A stretch of 64,000 bases of DNA from Pseudomonadota bacterium (GTDB lineage: Bacteria > Bdellovibrionota_G > JALEGL01 > DATDPG01), in assembly GCA_043809315.1 (NCBI GenBank), contig JAZDDX010000016.1:32001-96000 (forward strand), written 5' to 3'. Below the pieces are notes generated by a model. The model ran no database searches. It was given only the letters and a program-made list of their open reading frames with translations, and was not told the origin of the DNA. Both the position numbers and the translations under genes were made by a program. Position 1 is the stretch's first letter, and each line of letters opens with the position of its first letter. Below are positions 30,231 through 39,067 of the stretch, piece by piece.

Positions 30231-31466
30231 TTAGTAACTTTCTTCCCAGGCCGCCGTGATCAACCGTCCCGGCACACCGCCGGTTCCGGTGCCGTTTGCG
30301 TTATTGACCGCCTCAAGGCCGGCGGCCATCCCGGAGCTGCTGAACGCAACGAGTGCATTTCCTTTCACGGAAAGCTCCTTCACCGCGTCCGGCGTCTCGG
30401 AACGGAAGATGATCTTCCCCAGAAGTTGGCAGGTGCCGACCTCCCCGGTGAATGTCATGTCGGAAAAGGCCCCCATCATCAGGACCGGCCCGACCATCGT
30501 CGTCGTTCCGGACATGTCGATGCTCGTGTTGCTGGCGACCACATAAACCCCGCAGGAGTATCCCTTGATATTGATGCTGGTCGACGCCGTGTTGATGATG
30601 AAGATTTTCGGGCTGGTGCAAGGATTGTCCCCGGTGTAATTGCTCCCCGTCAAAACCTCAACCCCCGGGGCAGAGGCGCTGACCGAGGCCCACTGGTTAT
30701 AAAACGTCTGCCACTGGTCACAGCCTGCTGCGGAGCCCGTACTTTGGTCCGCAATTGCGGGAGTGGCACCCCCCGACACACTGACGTTGACCGTGGAACT
30801 CCCGATGATGTCCCAGTTCGCGGTCGTTCCTGCTTCCGGGGTCGTGTTACACCCCGACCCGGTACAGCCGTAAGGGGGATACGGATAGTTCGCCCCGTCG
30901 ATCGTCGCGTTCGTCCCTTTTTGGAGCGTGTCGATCGCCCCGCAGGCGAGGATTGCCGAATCGCAGCCGCCCGGAGGGGTCGGGGAGCAGTCGCTCGGGT
31001 TCGGAGGATAGGTGATCGGATTGGTCCCGTTGATCAGCTGGACATAGGTCGTGATGATGCCTTTTCCCCCCTGGTTGTTCCGGCCGGTCGAGATCACCTT
31101 GATGATCCCGTTCGTGTCGTTCAGGGGGTTGGAATCACCGTCCCGCTCGTCGTCATCCACGGTGACTTCGTACGTCCCGCCGTTGAACGGCGTCGAGGAG
31201 ATCAGGTACGCCCCGTAATACGTGGTCAGGATGCTCGTGAATCCGTTTGCGGCGGATAGGGCCGGCTCCAGACGCGGCCGGGCTCTTGCCAGCCCCGCTT
31301 CGGCAATGTTGAAGATGTCGACCGTCTTCGAGTAGTTGCCGCTCACCTTGACGGCCGAGGTGGTGGTCGCCGCCCCGGTGATCAGGAAGAAGCTCATCGC
31401 CATCAGTGCGATCAGGGCGATGACGACCACAAAACCGCTTTCTCGGTACCGACGTTTCCTTTCCAT
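30231..31466 (-). CDS. type IV minor pilin, PilX-like, long Thr/Gly/Cys-rich head
   Basis: ESG|FVVVIALIAL (no Glu5), FNIAEAGL, VISTG, C-terminal AWEE. Confidence 0.8.
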   Translation of the reverse strand: MERKRRYRESGFVVVIALIALMAMSFFLITGAATTTSAVKVSGNYSKTVDIFNIAEAGLARARPRLEPALSAANGFTSILTTYYGAYLISSTPFNGGTYEVTVDDDERDGDSNPLNDTNGIIKVISTGRNNQGGKGIITTYVQLINGTNPITYPPNPSDCSPTPPGGCDSAILACGAIDTLQKGTNATIDGANYPYPPYGCTGSGCNTTPEAGTTANWDIIGSSTVNVSVSGGATPAIADQSTGSAAGCDQWQTFYNQWASVSASAPGVEVLTGSNYTGDNPCTSPKIFIINTASTSINIKGYSCGVYVVASNTSIDMSGTTTMVGPVLMMGAFSDMTFTGEVGTCQLLGKIIFRSETPDAVKELSVKGNALVAFSSSGMAAGLEAVNNANGTGTGGVPGRLITAAWEESY

Positions 31467-31474
31467 ACCCCCTC

Positions 31475-32101
31475 CTACCGGAAGTTCCGGAGTTTGAAGT
31501 CCATCTGGATCTCCTTCGTGTCCTCGGTCCCGGTGTTCGGGTTGACTCTCCCGGTTCCGGCGACCATGTGGAGGCGGACGAGACGGATGAGGCTCGGGTC
31601 GGCTGCGGTCGTGATCCAATCGGTGTGCCCTATAACCTGATAGCTCAGGTCGAACGCCCGTACGTTTTCGATCACGAGGTGGTTTCCCGCCTGGCGGCGG
31701 ATCTCATCCTTGACTCCATCGGGGCTGTCCGGATTGTCGATGTACTGGTACGTGATGTTCTCGTCGCTCACGGGATCGATCGATCCGTTGCCGTTCAGGT
31801 CGGCGTAGATCTGGATCTGGTCGGACGAGGCGATGCCGATCGGGATGACCGCTCCTGCCGAGTACCCCATCGCCCCCGCCGGATTCGACCCGGCCCGGCG
31901 GATGTCCCGCCCGATGATGAAGAACGCGATTTGGGCGATCGACTCGGTGTCGGCCCGAAGCCGCTGGACCGTCGCCGTCTTCCTCGTCTTGGCCACGAAC
32001 GAATAGATGCCGGCGATCACGACGGTCGAGATGAGGAGCGTGATCATCATCTCGATGAGAGAGAACGCCAGAAGGCGGATTCTATGGGGTCTTGAGTTCA
32101 A
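31475..32101 (-). CDS. type IV minor pilin, PilW-like
   Basis: A|FSLIEMMITLLI, RDIRRAG, ADLNGNG, IENV, C-terminal LRN. Confidence 0.8.
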   Translation of the reverse strand: MNSRPHRIRLLAFSLIEMMITLLISTVVIAGIYSFVAKTRKTATVQRLRADTESIAQIAFFIIGRDIRRAGSNPAGAMGYSAGAVIPIGIASSDQIQIYADLNGNGSIDPVSDENITYQYIDNPDSPDGVKDEIRRQAGNHLVIENVRAFDLSYQVIGHTDWITTAADPSLIRLVRLHMVAGTGRVNPNTGTEDTKEIQMDFKLRNFR

Positions 32102-32561
32102 TGGCCCCCCCAGGAAAAATATAGATCGATTTGGTTCTCGCGGCCCCCAATCCCGTGATGGTCACGAAAGCGGAGGAGGAACCCAGTGCATTTAGGAACA
32201 TGCCCCGGGGAGTGGCGGTGATGACAATGGAAGGAAGGGCTGCAAGGTAGGTATCCGAAGGCATGTTCCGGATATCCCCGATGTCGGTCCAAGTCGCCGT
32301 ATCCGTATCGTACTGTTGGATCTTCCAGGAGGTCACGTTCTGGAACGTCATCCGGTGATCGGCATTCGTTGAAAGAGCCCGGCTGCGGATCAGGATCAGA
32401 TCGTCGTAAATCTGCTGGGTTCCGCGACTGATATAGTCCCCGGATTCGGTGCCCCGCAACGTCGCGATGAAGACGGTAAGGAGAACCGCCACGATCGTCA
32501 GAACGACGACCACTTCGACCAGGGTAACCCCCCGCAATCGGTTTCTTACAATCGTGCGCAT
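32082..32561 (-). CDS. type IV minor pilin, FimU/FimT-like
   Basis: RG|VTLVEVVVVLTIVAVL, DLILIRSRAL, C-terminal IFPGG. Confidence 0.8.
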   Translation of the reverse strand: MRTIVRNRLRGVTLVEVVVVLTIVAVLLTVFIATLRGTESGDYISRGTQQIYDDLILIRSRALSTNADHRMTFQNVTSWKIQQYDTDTATWTDIGDIRNMPSDTYLAALPSIVITATPRGMFLNALGSSSAFVTITGLGAARTKSIYIFPGGAIELKTP

Positions 32562-32659
32562 CCCCTTCGAAACGAAAGTCCAAATATCTATCGTAGCACG
32601 AAGATCTTACCAAAAACATCGACGAGAGCCGGAAGAAAAGTTTACGCTTTTCGAAAGAA

Positions 32660-34360
32660 ATGCCCAAGACGAGAGCATCGCTCCTCCTTCTCCTCCTGCC
32701 CGCAGCTGGCCTCCTCGTTCACGGCATCTCTCTGCCGAACCCGTTCTACTTCGACGATCTCTTCGTCCTCCGAGACAACGGGTGGATCTTCGGGAAAACC
32801 CCCTGGATCTGGCTGACGAACTACTTCATCGACCAGAATCATCTGTTCACCGGCTTCCGTCCCGGCCTGATGATCACCTTCTGGCTGAATCAGCTCCTCG
32901 TCGGCCCGTCCCCCGAATCGTTTCGTACCGTCAATCTAGCAATCCATATCGGCAACAGCTTCCTCCTCTTTCTCTGGCTGCGCCGCGTCCTCTCCCCGAC
33001 GGGCCGCCTGATTCCGATCGCCGCCGCCCTCCTCTTCCTCGTCCATCCGATCCAGACTTTTCCGATCAATTTCATCTGGAAGCGGAGCACCCTGCTCGAA
33101 ACGACGCTCCTGCTCTCGTCCTTGATTCTCCAAGCGCGAGAACGGGGGAGACCGACCTATCGGATCCGAGTCGTTTTGCTACAGACGGCAATTTTTCTGG
33201 CGGCTCTCTCGATCAAGGAATCGGCGCTCCTTTTCCCCGCGATTCTCGCGGCCGCCGATCTTTTCGTACATCGAAAACGATCGACTCTCCTCTATCTTCC
33301 CCTTCTCCTGATCGCCGTCGGTTTCTATTGGTTTCGTTTCATCGAGATCAATCGCTGGCTCGGGGAACATCGCCGGATCATCCCGAGTCCCCATTCTCTT
33401 TCCCGGGCGGAGTATATCTGGACTTCCCTCCAGACCCTCCCACGCTACTTCCTTCAATGGCCTCTCCCCGACCCGCGAATTCTCGACGACCCCTCCCCGC
33501 TCCGGGCGATCCCTTGGAACGCGGTGACGATCGATGTTTTCTTGCTCGCGCTCTCCGTTCTGGTCTCGATCCGCTGGAGGAAGATCGGTCTCGTTCCGTT
33601 TTCGATCGCTCTGTTCTGGATCCAGATCGTTCCGACGATGGTGTTTCCTCTCTATCTCGTGATGGACACGATCCGCCTTTACGTCCCGCTTCTGGGTCTC
33701 TCCTTTCTGATGACGTTCTTTCTCCTGCGGCTGGTCGATTGGATCCGGACGAGGAGAAAATTTATCCCGAGCTGGGCCGGAGCTGCGATTCTGGGGGGGC
33801 TATTTCTTTCCTACGCAGCGCACTCGGTCCTTCAGAACCTCCGATACCGCGACCCGATTTCGATCTGGCAGGACGTGGCGATCGAATATCCGGAAAGCGA
33901 TCTCGCCTGGGGGGAGCTGGGGATCGCCCTGTCCGACGCCGGAGAGCATGGGAAGGCGGCGGTGGCGTTCGGTATGGCGACGCGGATCAACCCGTCGAAT
34001 CTCGGGTACACGATCCTCACGCTCCACAACGCTCTAAGAAGCGGCACCTCCCCGGAGGTTGTTAAGACGTGGCTCCGCAACTTCTCGACCGTCGACGTCT
34101 CGATCCCCGACATCGTGAACCTCGGGAATCTGGCCCGGCAGTTGGGGGAACCTGCGCTGGCGAAAGAAATCTATCTGGAGGCGCTCCGGAAGAATGGGAA
34201 CTACGGGCCGGCTTACCTCTATCTGGCCTCGCTGTTCGAAGTGACGGGAGAAACCGAAAAGGCGAAGCGGGCGCACGAAAACGCCGCCAGATTCATGCCG
34301 TACAGCCGGGAGGCGAAGGAAGGGGCACGCCGCAATCTTTTCCGACCTGACGCGCCATAG
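32660..34360 (+). CDS. multi-TM GT-C-like protein with C-terminal TPRs (TMTC-like)
   Basis: FYFDD after TM1, FRP, NLAIH, FLVHPIQ, SIKES, RLYVP, IWQD...YP, then TPR-like repeats. Confidence 0.75.
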   Translation: MPKTRASLLLLLLPAAGLLVHGISLPNPFYFDDLFVLRDNGWIFGKTPWIWLTNYFIDQNHLFTGFRPGLMITFWLNQLLVGPSPESFRTVNLAIHIGNSFLLFLWLRRVLSPTGRLIPIAAALLFLVHPIQTFPINFIWKRSTLLETTLLLSSLILQARERGRPTYRIRVVLLQTAIFLAALSIKESALLFPAILAAADLFVHRKRSTLLYLPLLLIAVGFYWFRFIEINRWLGEHRRIIPSPHSLSRAEYIWTSLQTLPRYFLQWPLPDPRILDDPSPLRAIPWNAVTIDVFLLALSVLVSIRWRKIGLVPFSIALFWIQIVPTMVFPLYLVMDTIRLYVPLLGLSFLMTFFLLRLVDWIRTRRKFIPSWAGAAILGGLFLSYAAHSVLQNLRYRDPISIWQDVAIEYPESDLAWGELGIALSDAGEHGKAAVAFGMATRINPSNLGYTILTLHNALRSGTSPEVVKTWLRNFSTVDVSIPDIVNLGNLARQLGEPALAKEIYLEALRKNGNYGPAYLYLASLFEVTGETEKAKRAHENAARFMPYSREAKEGARRNLFRPDAP

Positions 34361-34367
34361 GAAAATT

Positions 34368-34411
34368 CAACACATTGATATTGTTGTTGTTTTTATGGCC
34401 TCCTTCTTGCT
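34368..34411 (+). promoter_or_regulatory. IHF site plus sigma-54 promoter
   Basis: CAACACATTGATA (34368-80), 16 nt, then GG 34397-98, N10, GC 34409-10. Confidence 0.75.
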
Positions 34412-34423
34412 AAACCATAAGGG

Positions 34424-35128
34424 GTGATGAGCCGGAACGGTCTGCCGCTTCTTCTGGCGCTCGCGTTCCTCTGCGCAAACGGGGAGCTGTTCGCGCGAGC
34501 GAAAAGAATGAAGGGGGTTCCAAAGAGCCTGAACCGGTTGAGCATCGCCGACTCGGAACAGCGCCAGGCCAAAGAGACGATCAAGAAGTGGGCGAAAGAC
34601 GAAATCTACAGGGTCAAGATCAAGGCAGAAGGTCCCGATTCTGAGGCGAGTTACAAAATCACCGCGCGCGCGAGCATTTTTTGCGACACCGGCGTGCCGG
34701 AGAAGAAGCCGGAGGAAGTGAAGAGCGAGGAGACCCGCTCGATCACCAAATTGGCGAGTCTTTCGATGGGGCAAAAGGACAAGTCGGCCATGATCGCCTT
34801 CACCGGGAAGGAGCTGATCGACGGGGTCAGCGGAGGAAAGGGATCGTTTCTCCTCGACGAAGTCGAGGGGGATTGCAGGTCGTCGAGGAACGCTGATTTC
34901 GGGATGGAGATCACGATCCGGCGAAAGGATGGGACAAAGGTCGGCTCGGGGTACTTTCTGGAAACCCACCTCGGGGAACCGGGATGGAAGAGTTTCACGA
35001 AAACCGATCCCGCCAACCGCGTCCAGTTCAAGGTCATGGCGAGAGAAGCCCGAAACGACGATAACCGCCCCCCCGCCCCTCCTCGCCGAAATTCCAAACC
35101 GCGGCGATCCGCCCGCGGAACGGGTTGA
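34424..35128 (+). CDS. secreted hypothetical protein (paralog 1)
   Basis: Signal peptide; similar to 35287-35907. Confidence 0.75.
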   Translation: MMSRNGLPLLLALAFLCANGELFARAKRMKGVPKSLNRLSIADSEQRQAKETIKKWAKDEIYRVKIKAEGPDSEASYKITARASIFCDTGVPEKKPEEVKSEETRSITKLASLSMGQKDKSAMIAFTGKELIDGVSGGKGSFLLDEVEGDCRSSRNADFGMEITIRRKDGTKVGSGYFLETHLGEPGWKSFTKTDPANRVQFKVMAREARNDDNRPPAPPRRNSKPRRSARGTG

Positions 35129-35215
35129 CAATACAAGGCGTACGTACGAGAACGCCGCCGGCTTTCCGCCCCACAGGGGTCGCAATTGGCGATTTTTCTG
35201 CAAGGGGTTGGTTGG

Positions 35216-35259
35216 TAACGTATTGATATCGCAACAAAAGTTATGGCCCCTTTCTTGCT
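35216..35259 (+). promoter_or_regulatory. IHF site plus sigma-54 promoter
   Basis: TAACGTATTGATA (35216-28), 16 nt, then GG 35245-46, N10, GC 35257-58. Confidence 0.75.
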
Positions 35260-35286
35260 AAAATAGGGGACGTAAGGAGATCTCCG

Positions 35287-35907
35287 ATGAACCGAAACGT
35301 ACTCTCAATTCTTGTTGGCGTGGCGTTCCTGCTCCCAGGTAGCCCGGCCTGGGCTCAAAGAACCATGGAACAGGTTCAGAGAGAGCAGGATCAAGAGAGG
35401 CTCAGGAAGTTCAACGAGAAAGAGGCGCGCGAGGCGCCCGCGAAGAAGAAGAAGAAATGGGAGAACGAGCCGGCTTATAAGTTTACGGTGACCGCCAAGA
35501 GTTCGAATTCGAAGGCACGATTTCAGATCACGGCACACGCCGGCATGTACTGCTACCTGCGGTATCCGGGAAAGCCGACCGAGATCACCGGGCAAGGGAT
35601 CACCCCTCAGGAGAAGAAAGGGAGTCTCTTTTCCAACGGCAAGGTTGAGATCTTGTTCACAGGCAAGCAGATGATCGATGACGTCGGAGGTAAGGATTAC
35701 TATTACGATCCAGGACCCACCTGTAAGGAATTGATGGCGGACCATGGCGTCGTGATTACGATCGCCAACATGAACGATCTCGACAAGCCGGTCGCGTCGG
35801 CCTTCGTCAATTTAGGTGAATTGAATCAGCCCGAGTGGCAATCATTCAGCCGGAAAGATAAGGCCACCGGAACCCAGTTCAAGATCCGCGCATTCGATCT
35901 GAGGTAG
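35287..35907 (+). CDS. secreted hypothetical protein (paralog 2)
   Basis: SD AAGGAGA, signal peptide ending AWA; FTGKQMIDDVGGK vs FTGKELIDGVSGGK in paralog 1. Confidence 0.8.
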   Translation: MNRNVLSILVGVAFLLPGSPAWAQRTMEQVQREQDQERLRKFNEKEAREAPAKKKKKWENEPAYKFTVTAKSSNSKARFQITAHAGMYCYLRYPGKPTEITGQGITPQEKKGSLFSNGKVEILFTGKQMIDDVGGKDYYYDPGPTCKELMADHGVVITIANMNDLDKPVASAFVNLGELNQPEWQSFSRKDKATGTQFKIRAFDLR

Positions 35908-35970
35908 GCAACGTCTCCCTCGCCCCATTCAAGCCCCACCCAGCGGCAATCAGCCCCCAGACCGGGTTGA

Positions 35971-36014
35971 CAACGTATTGATTCTATGGGAATCCGCCTG
36001 GCCCTGATTTTGCT
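35971..36014 (+). promoter_or_regulatory. IHF site plus sigma-54 promoter
   Basis: CAACGTATTGATT (35971-83), 16 nt, then GG 36000-01, N10, GC 36012-13. Confidence 0.75.
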
Positions 36015-36029
36015 TTGATGAGGATGATT

Positions 36030-36806
36030 ATGACGAAACGGTTTCCATGGCTTGTGATCGTACTGTTGAGCTTGACGTTCCCCGCGCTCGGCCAGAATTT
36101 CTCGGAGGCTCAGCGGGATTCGATCAAAAAGGCAAAGCGGGCTGACTTCGAAAAGATGCTGGCCGAGCAAAAGAAGATCGAAGAAAAATTCAGTAAGAAG
36201 GCTCACAAGTACTACGACGACCGTTACACCGTGCGCGTGACTGCCTCCGTTGTAAGAAACATCCCGCGGGACGACCAGCCGTTCTACAACATTTATGTCG
36301 ATACGGGTGTCGTCTGCTCGACTGAAGTGCCGCCGGCCGCACGTCCGAAGAAAGATCTGGTGAGGCTCACGCCGCACAAGATGGTTCCCACCGCCGACAC
36401 ACCCGGAGTGAAGACGGAAGGGGATGCCAGATTCGGCTTCGCGGATCTGGACCTGAGTTTGGATCACCAGATCGAAATCAAGCTTTCGGAAGGGGATGTC
36501 CGGAACAGCACAGGAACCGACATCATGTACCCCCCGAACTACGCGCAACAACTCATTAAGAAGTTTTATCCAAAGTGCGTCAAAAAATTTACCGGCGCCA
36601 AGGGACTGGTTCCCAAGTTCGCGATTTTCGTGCGGGTGGAACGCCTCGATTCCAAGTGGAGCAACATCACTTACTTTCTGAAAGCGGTTCCCAACGCCAC
36701 GGAGTGGAACCATTACACTTCCGACTTCATTCAACTGGATGAGGACGAGCCTCCCGTCGAGGTGAAATTCTCCATCGAATACCTGGGCGAAAATCTCAAG
36801 AACTAA
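36030..36806 (+). CDS. secreted hypothetical protein (distant paralog 3)
   Basis: Signal peptide MTKRFPWLVIVLLSLTFPALG; charged helix, then beta-rich domain with two Cys like its neighbours. Confidence 0.75.
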   Translation: MTKRFPWLVIVLLSLTFPALGQNFSEAQRDSIKKAKRADFEKMLAEQKKIEEKFSKKAHKYYDDRYTVRVTASVVRNIPRDDQPFYNIYVDTGVVCSTEVPPAARPKKDLVRLTPHKMVPTADTPGVKTEGDARFGFADLDLSLDHQIEIKLSEGDVRNSTGTDIMYPPNYAQQLIKKFYPKCVKKFTGAKGLVPKFAIFVRVERLDSKWSNITYFLKAVPNATEWNHYTSDFIQLDEDEPPVEVKFSIEYLGENLKN

Positions 36807-36808
36807 TC

Positions 36809-36867
36809 GGGTGACACCACACCTATTTCCGGTCCCTGCCCGGGGCGGAAATTCGTATTGTGTCCCC
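36809..36867. repeat. REP-like imperfect palindrome (GGGGACAC family)
   Basis: GAAATTCGTATTGTGTCCCC (36848-67) matches 62942-61 with 1 mismatch. Confidence 0.75.
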
Positions 36868-36907
36868 GGATAGACATCCGCCTCGTTCTCTCATATGAAC
36901 GAGGTTC

Positions 36908-38203
36908 GTGACGACTCCATCCAAAGACCTCCGCGCGCGTCTGATTGACGACGAACGCGGACTCTCCAGTTACCTGACCCTCTTCCCCGAACTCGAGGAA
37001 TTGCTCCGGAAGGATAACGCCCTCGGGGTCCTCTATATCAAGGGGAACCGACTGCGGAACATCGAGGAGAGATTCGGAAGCCAGCTCTTCGACCAGATCA
37101 TGACGCGGATCTCGAAGGTCCTGCTCAACATGCGCGGTGTCACGGTCCGGCAGGACGACCTGATCGCGCTGACCGAAGTCGCCGGGTACTCGTTCGTCAT
37201 CTTCCTCTCCGAAAGCCGCAAAGAACGGACCGGCCACATCCTCTCGAAAGACGACGTCGAGATGGTCAGCGAGCGGGTGCAGAGCTACCTCCACTCCACC
37301 CTCTTCTTCGAGCTGTACAACTACATCAAGGGACTGCCGAAGATTAACGTCGGGTACTCGTTCGTCGTCCGGAACCCGATGATCCACACCTGGCGGTCGA
37401 TCTACAACCTGATCGACGAGGCCAAGGACATCGCCGATCTCCAGATGTCGCAGCTCGAGCTTAAGAACCGCGGGCGGCTCCAGAAGATCCTCCTCGAGGA
37501 GCAGGTCACGACCGTCTATCAGCCGATCGTGCGACTCAAGGACGGGGAGGTGACTGGGTACGAAGCGCTCAGCCGGGGCCCCAAAAACTCCGAGATCGAA
37601 GCTCCCATCATCCTCTTCACGCTCGCGGAGGAAACCGGGTTGGTCTTCGAACTCGACCGGCTCTGCCGTAAACGCGCGATCGTGAATGCGAAAGGGAAGG
37701 AACGCGGAAAAAAGCTGTTCGTGAATACGTTGCCGAATCTGATCTACGACCCCGACTTCGAGGCGAGCCAGTTCGCCCGGTTCCTCGAATCGAACGACAT
37801 GCCGATCGACGACATCGTCTTCGAGATCACGGAGCGAAACGCGATCGACCAGTACTCGCACTTCAAGCAGGCGATCAGCTACTACACGAACGTCGGGATC
37901 GCGATCGCGATCGACGACGTCGGCGCCGGTTACTCGAGCCTCGAGGCGATCATGGAGATCAAGCCGCGGTACGTGAAGATCGACGCTTCAATCATCCGCG
38001 GGGCGAGCGCATCGACCGGAAAACGGGAGATGATCAAGGCGTTGTGCGCCCTGTCCCAGTCGATCCACGCCGAGACGATCGCCGAAGGGGTCGAGACCAA
38101 GGAAGACCTGCGGGTCATCAAAGAGCTCGGGATCAACTACGCGCAGGGGTACTACCTCGCCAAGCCGGGCCCGCCGTTCCCGAAGGTCACCGTCAAGGTC
38201 TGA
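36908..38203 (+). CDS. EAL-domain c-di-GMP phosphodiesterase with degenerate GGDEF-like N-terminus
   Basis: YQPIV, YEALSR, LFVN, FEITE, AIDDVGAGYSSL, VKID, AEGVET, QGYY. Confidence 0.9.
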   Translation: MTTPSKDLRARLIDDERGLSSYLTLFPELEELLRKDNALGVLYIKGNRLRNIEERFGSQLFDQIMTRISKVLLNMRGVTVRQDDLIALTEVAGYSFVIFLSESRKERTGHILSKDDVEMVSERVQSYLHSTLFFELYNYIKGLPKINVGYSFVVRNPMIHTWRSIYNLIDEAKDIADLQMSQLELKNRGRLQKILLEEQVTTVYQPIVRLKDGEVTGYEALSRGPKNSEIEAPIILFTLAEETGLVFELDRLCRKRAIVNAKGKERGKKLFVNTLPNLIYDPDFEASQFARFLESNDMPIDDIVFEITERNAIDQYSHFKQAISYYTNVGIAIAIDDVGAGYSSLEAIMEIKPRYVKIDASIIRGASASTGKREMIKALCALSQSIHAETIAEGVETKEDLRVIKELGINYAQGYYLAKPGPPFPKVTVKV

Positions 38204-38933
38204 CGAGCGAGAGCGCCCGCGCGACCTGATCGCTGAAGATCCCGTCCACGCCCCAGTTCGCCATCCGCCGGATGTCGTCCTCTTCGTTCACCGTGTAGAC
38301 ACGGAGGGGGATTTTTCGCTCTTGGATTCTGCGAACCATTGCCTCATCCAAAGCCCGGATCGACAAATGGACTGCGTCCGCCCTTGCGCGCGTGATGAAT
38401 TTCCCTGGGTCTTGGTTCAGGGGTCCTGCATGGAGGATGGCGGTTTCGAGTTCGGGGGCGAGTTTCTTCACACGTCGGACGGTGCGGGGTGAAAACGACG
38501 AGACAATCACACCGGCTTGAAGGTTGCGTTTCCGAACCTCCTCCACGACAATCGCTTCGATCCCGCGAATAGGGAATAAACTCACGGCATCGCGCTTGAT
38601 TTCAATGTTCATCTGAACCCGTCCTCCGAGGCGGTCGAGGAGGTCGGTGAAGAGAGGAATTCGTTCGGCGCTGAACTTCGGGGAGAACCAACTGCCGGCA
38701 TCGAGATCGCGAATTTCGGCAAGAGTCTTTCTCGGGATTGCACCTTTCCCGTTCGTCGTCCGGTCGAGGGTGTGATCGTGAAAGACGACGGGAACCTTAT
38801 CTCGCGTGAGGGTCACGTCGAACTCGACCATCCGAGCCCCGGCAGCGATCGCCGCTTCGAACGAAGCGAAGGTGTTTTCGGGGGCGACAACCGGAAACCC
38901 GCGGTGTCCCACGACCCATGGACGATCTGCCAT
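38193..38933 (-). CDS. glycerophosphodiester phosphodiesterase
   Basis: GHRGFPVVAPENT, EFDV, HDHTLDRTT, NIEIK, YTVN, GVDGIFSD. Confidence 0.93.
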   Translation of the reverse strand: MADRPWVVGHRGFPVVAPENTFASFEAAIAAGARMVEFDVTLTRDKVPVVFHDHTLDRTTNGKGAIPRKTLAEIRDLDAGSWFSPKFSAERIPLFTDLLDRLGGRVQMNIEIKRDAVSLFPIRGIEAIVVEEVRKRNLQAGVIVSSFSPRTVRRVKKLAPELETAILHAGPLNQDPGKFITRARADAVHLSIRALDEAMVRRIQERKIPLRVYTVNEEDDIRRMANWGVDGIFSDQVARALSLVRP

Positions 38934-38957
38934 CGACGTTCAGTGTAGCCCGACCAT

Positions 38958-39008
38958 CCTGACAGTCCACCTGACAGTTCCGGTGTCAGGATCGCGCGAC
39001 CTGACACC
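38958..39008. repeat. CCTGACA direct/inverted repeat cluster
   Basis: CCTGACAGT at 38958 and 38970; GGTGTCAGG-N9-CCTGACACC at 38982-39008. Confidence 0.6.
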
Positions 39009-39026
39009 ATTTTCCGCACGAAACGA

Positions 39027-39043
39027 TTGGCACGGGGGGTGCA
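39027..39043 (+). promoter_or_regulatory. sigma-54 promoter
   Basis: TTGGCACGGGGGGTGCA: GG 39029-30, N10, GC 39041-42. Confidence 0.75.
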
Positions 39044-39067
39044 ATTAGACATTCCGAGAAGAAAATC

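Noticed and set aside
32449-34065. 538-aa Pro/Arg/Ser-rich ORF
   Set aside because: Alternate frame of the TMTC-like gene; composition typical of off-frame reading.
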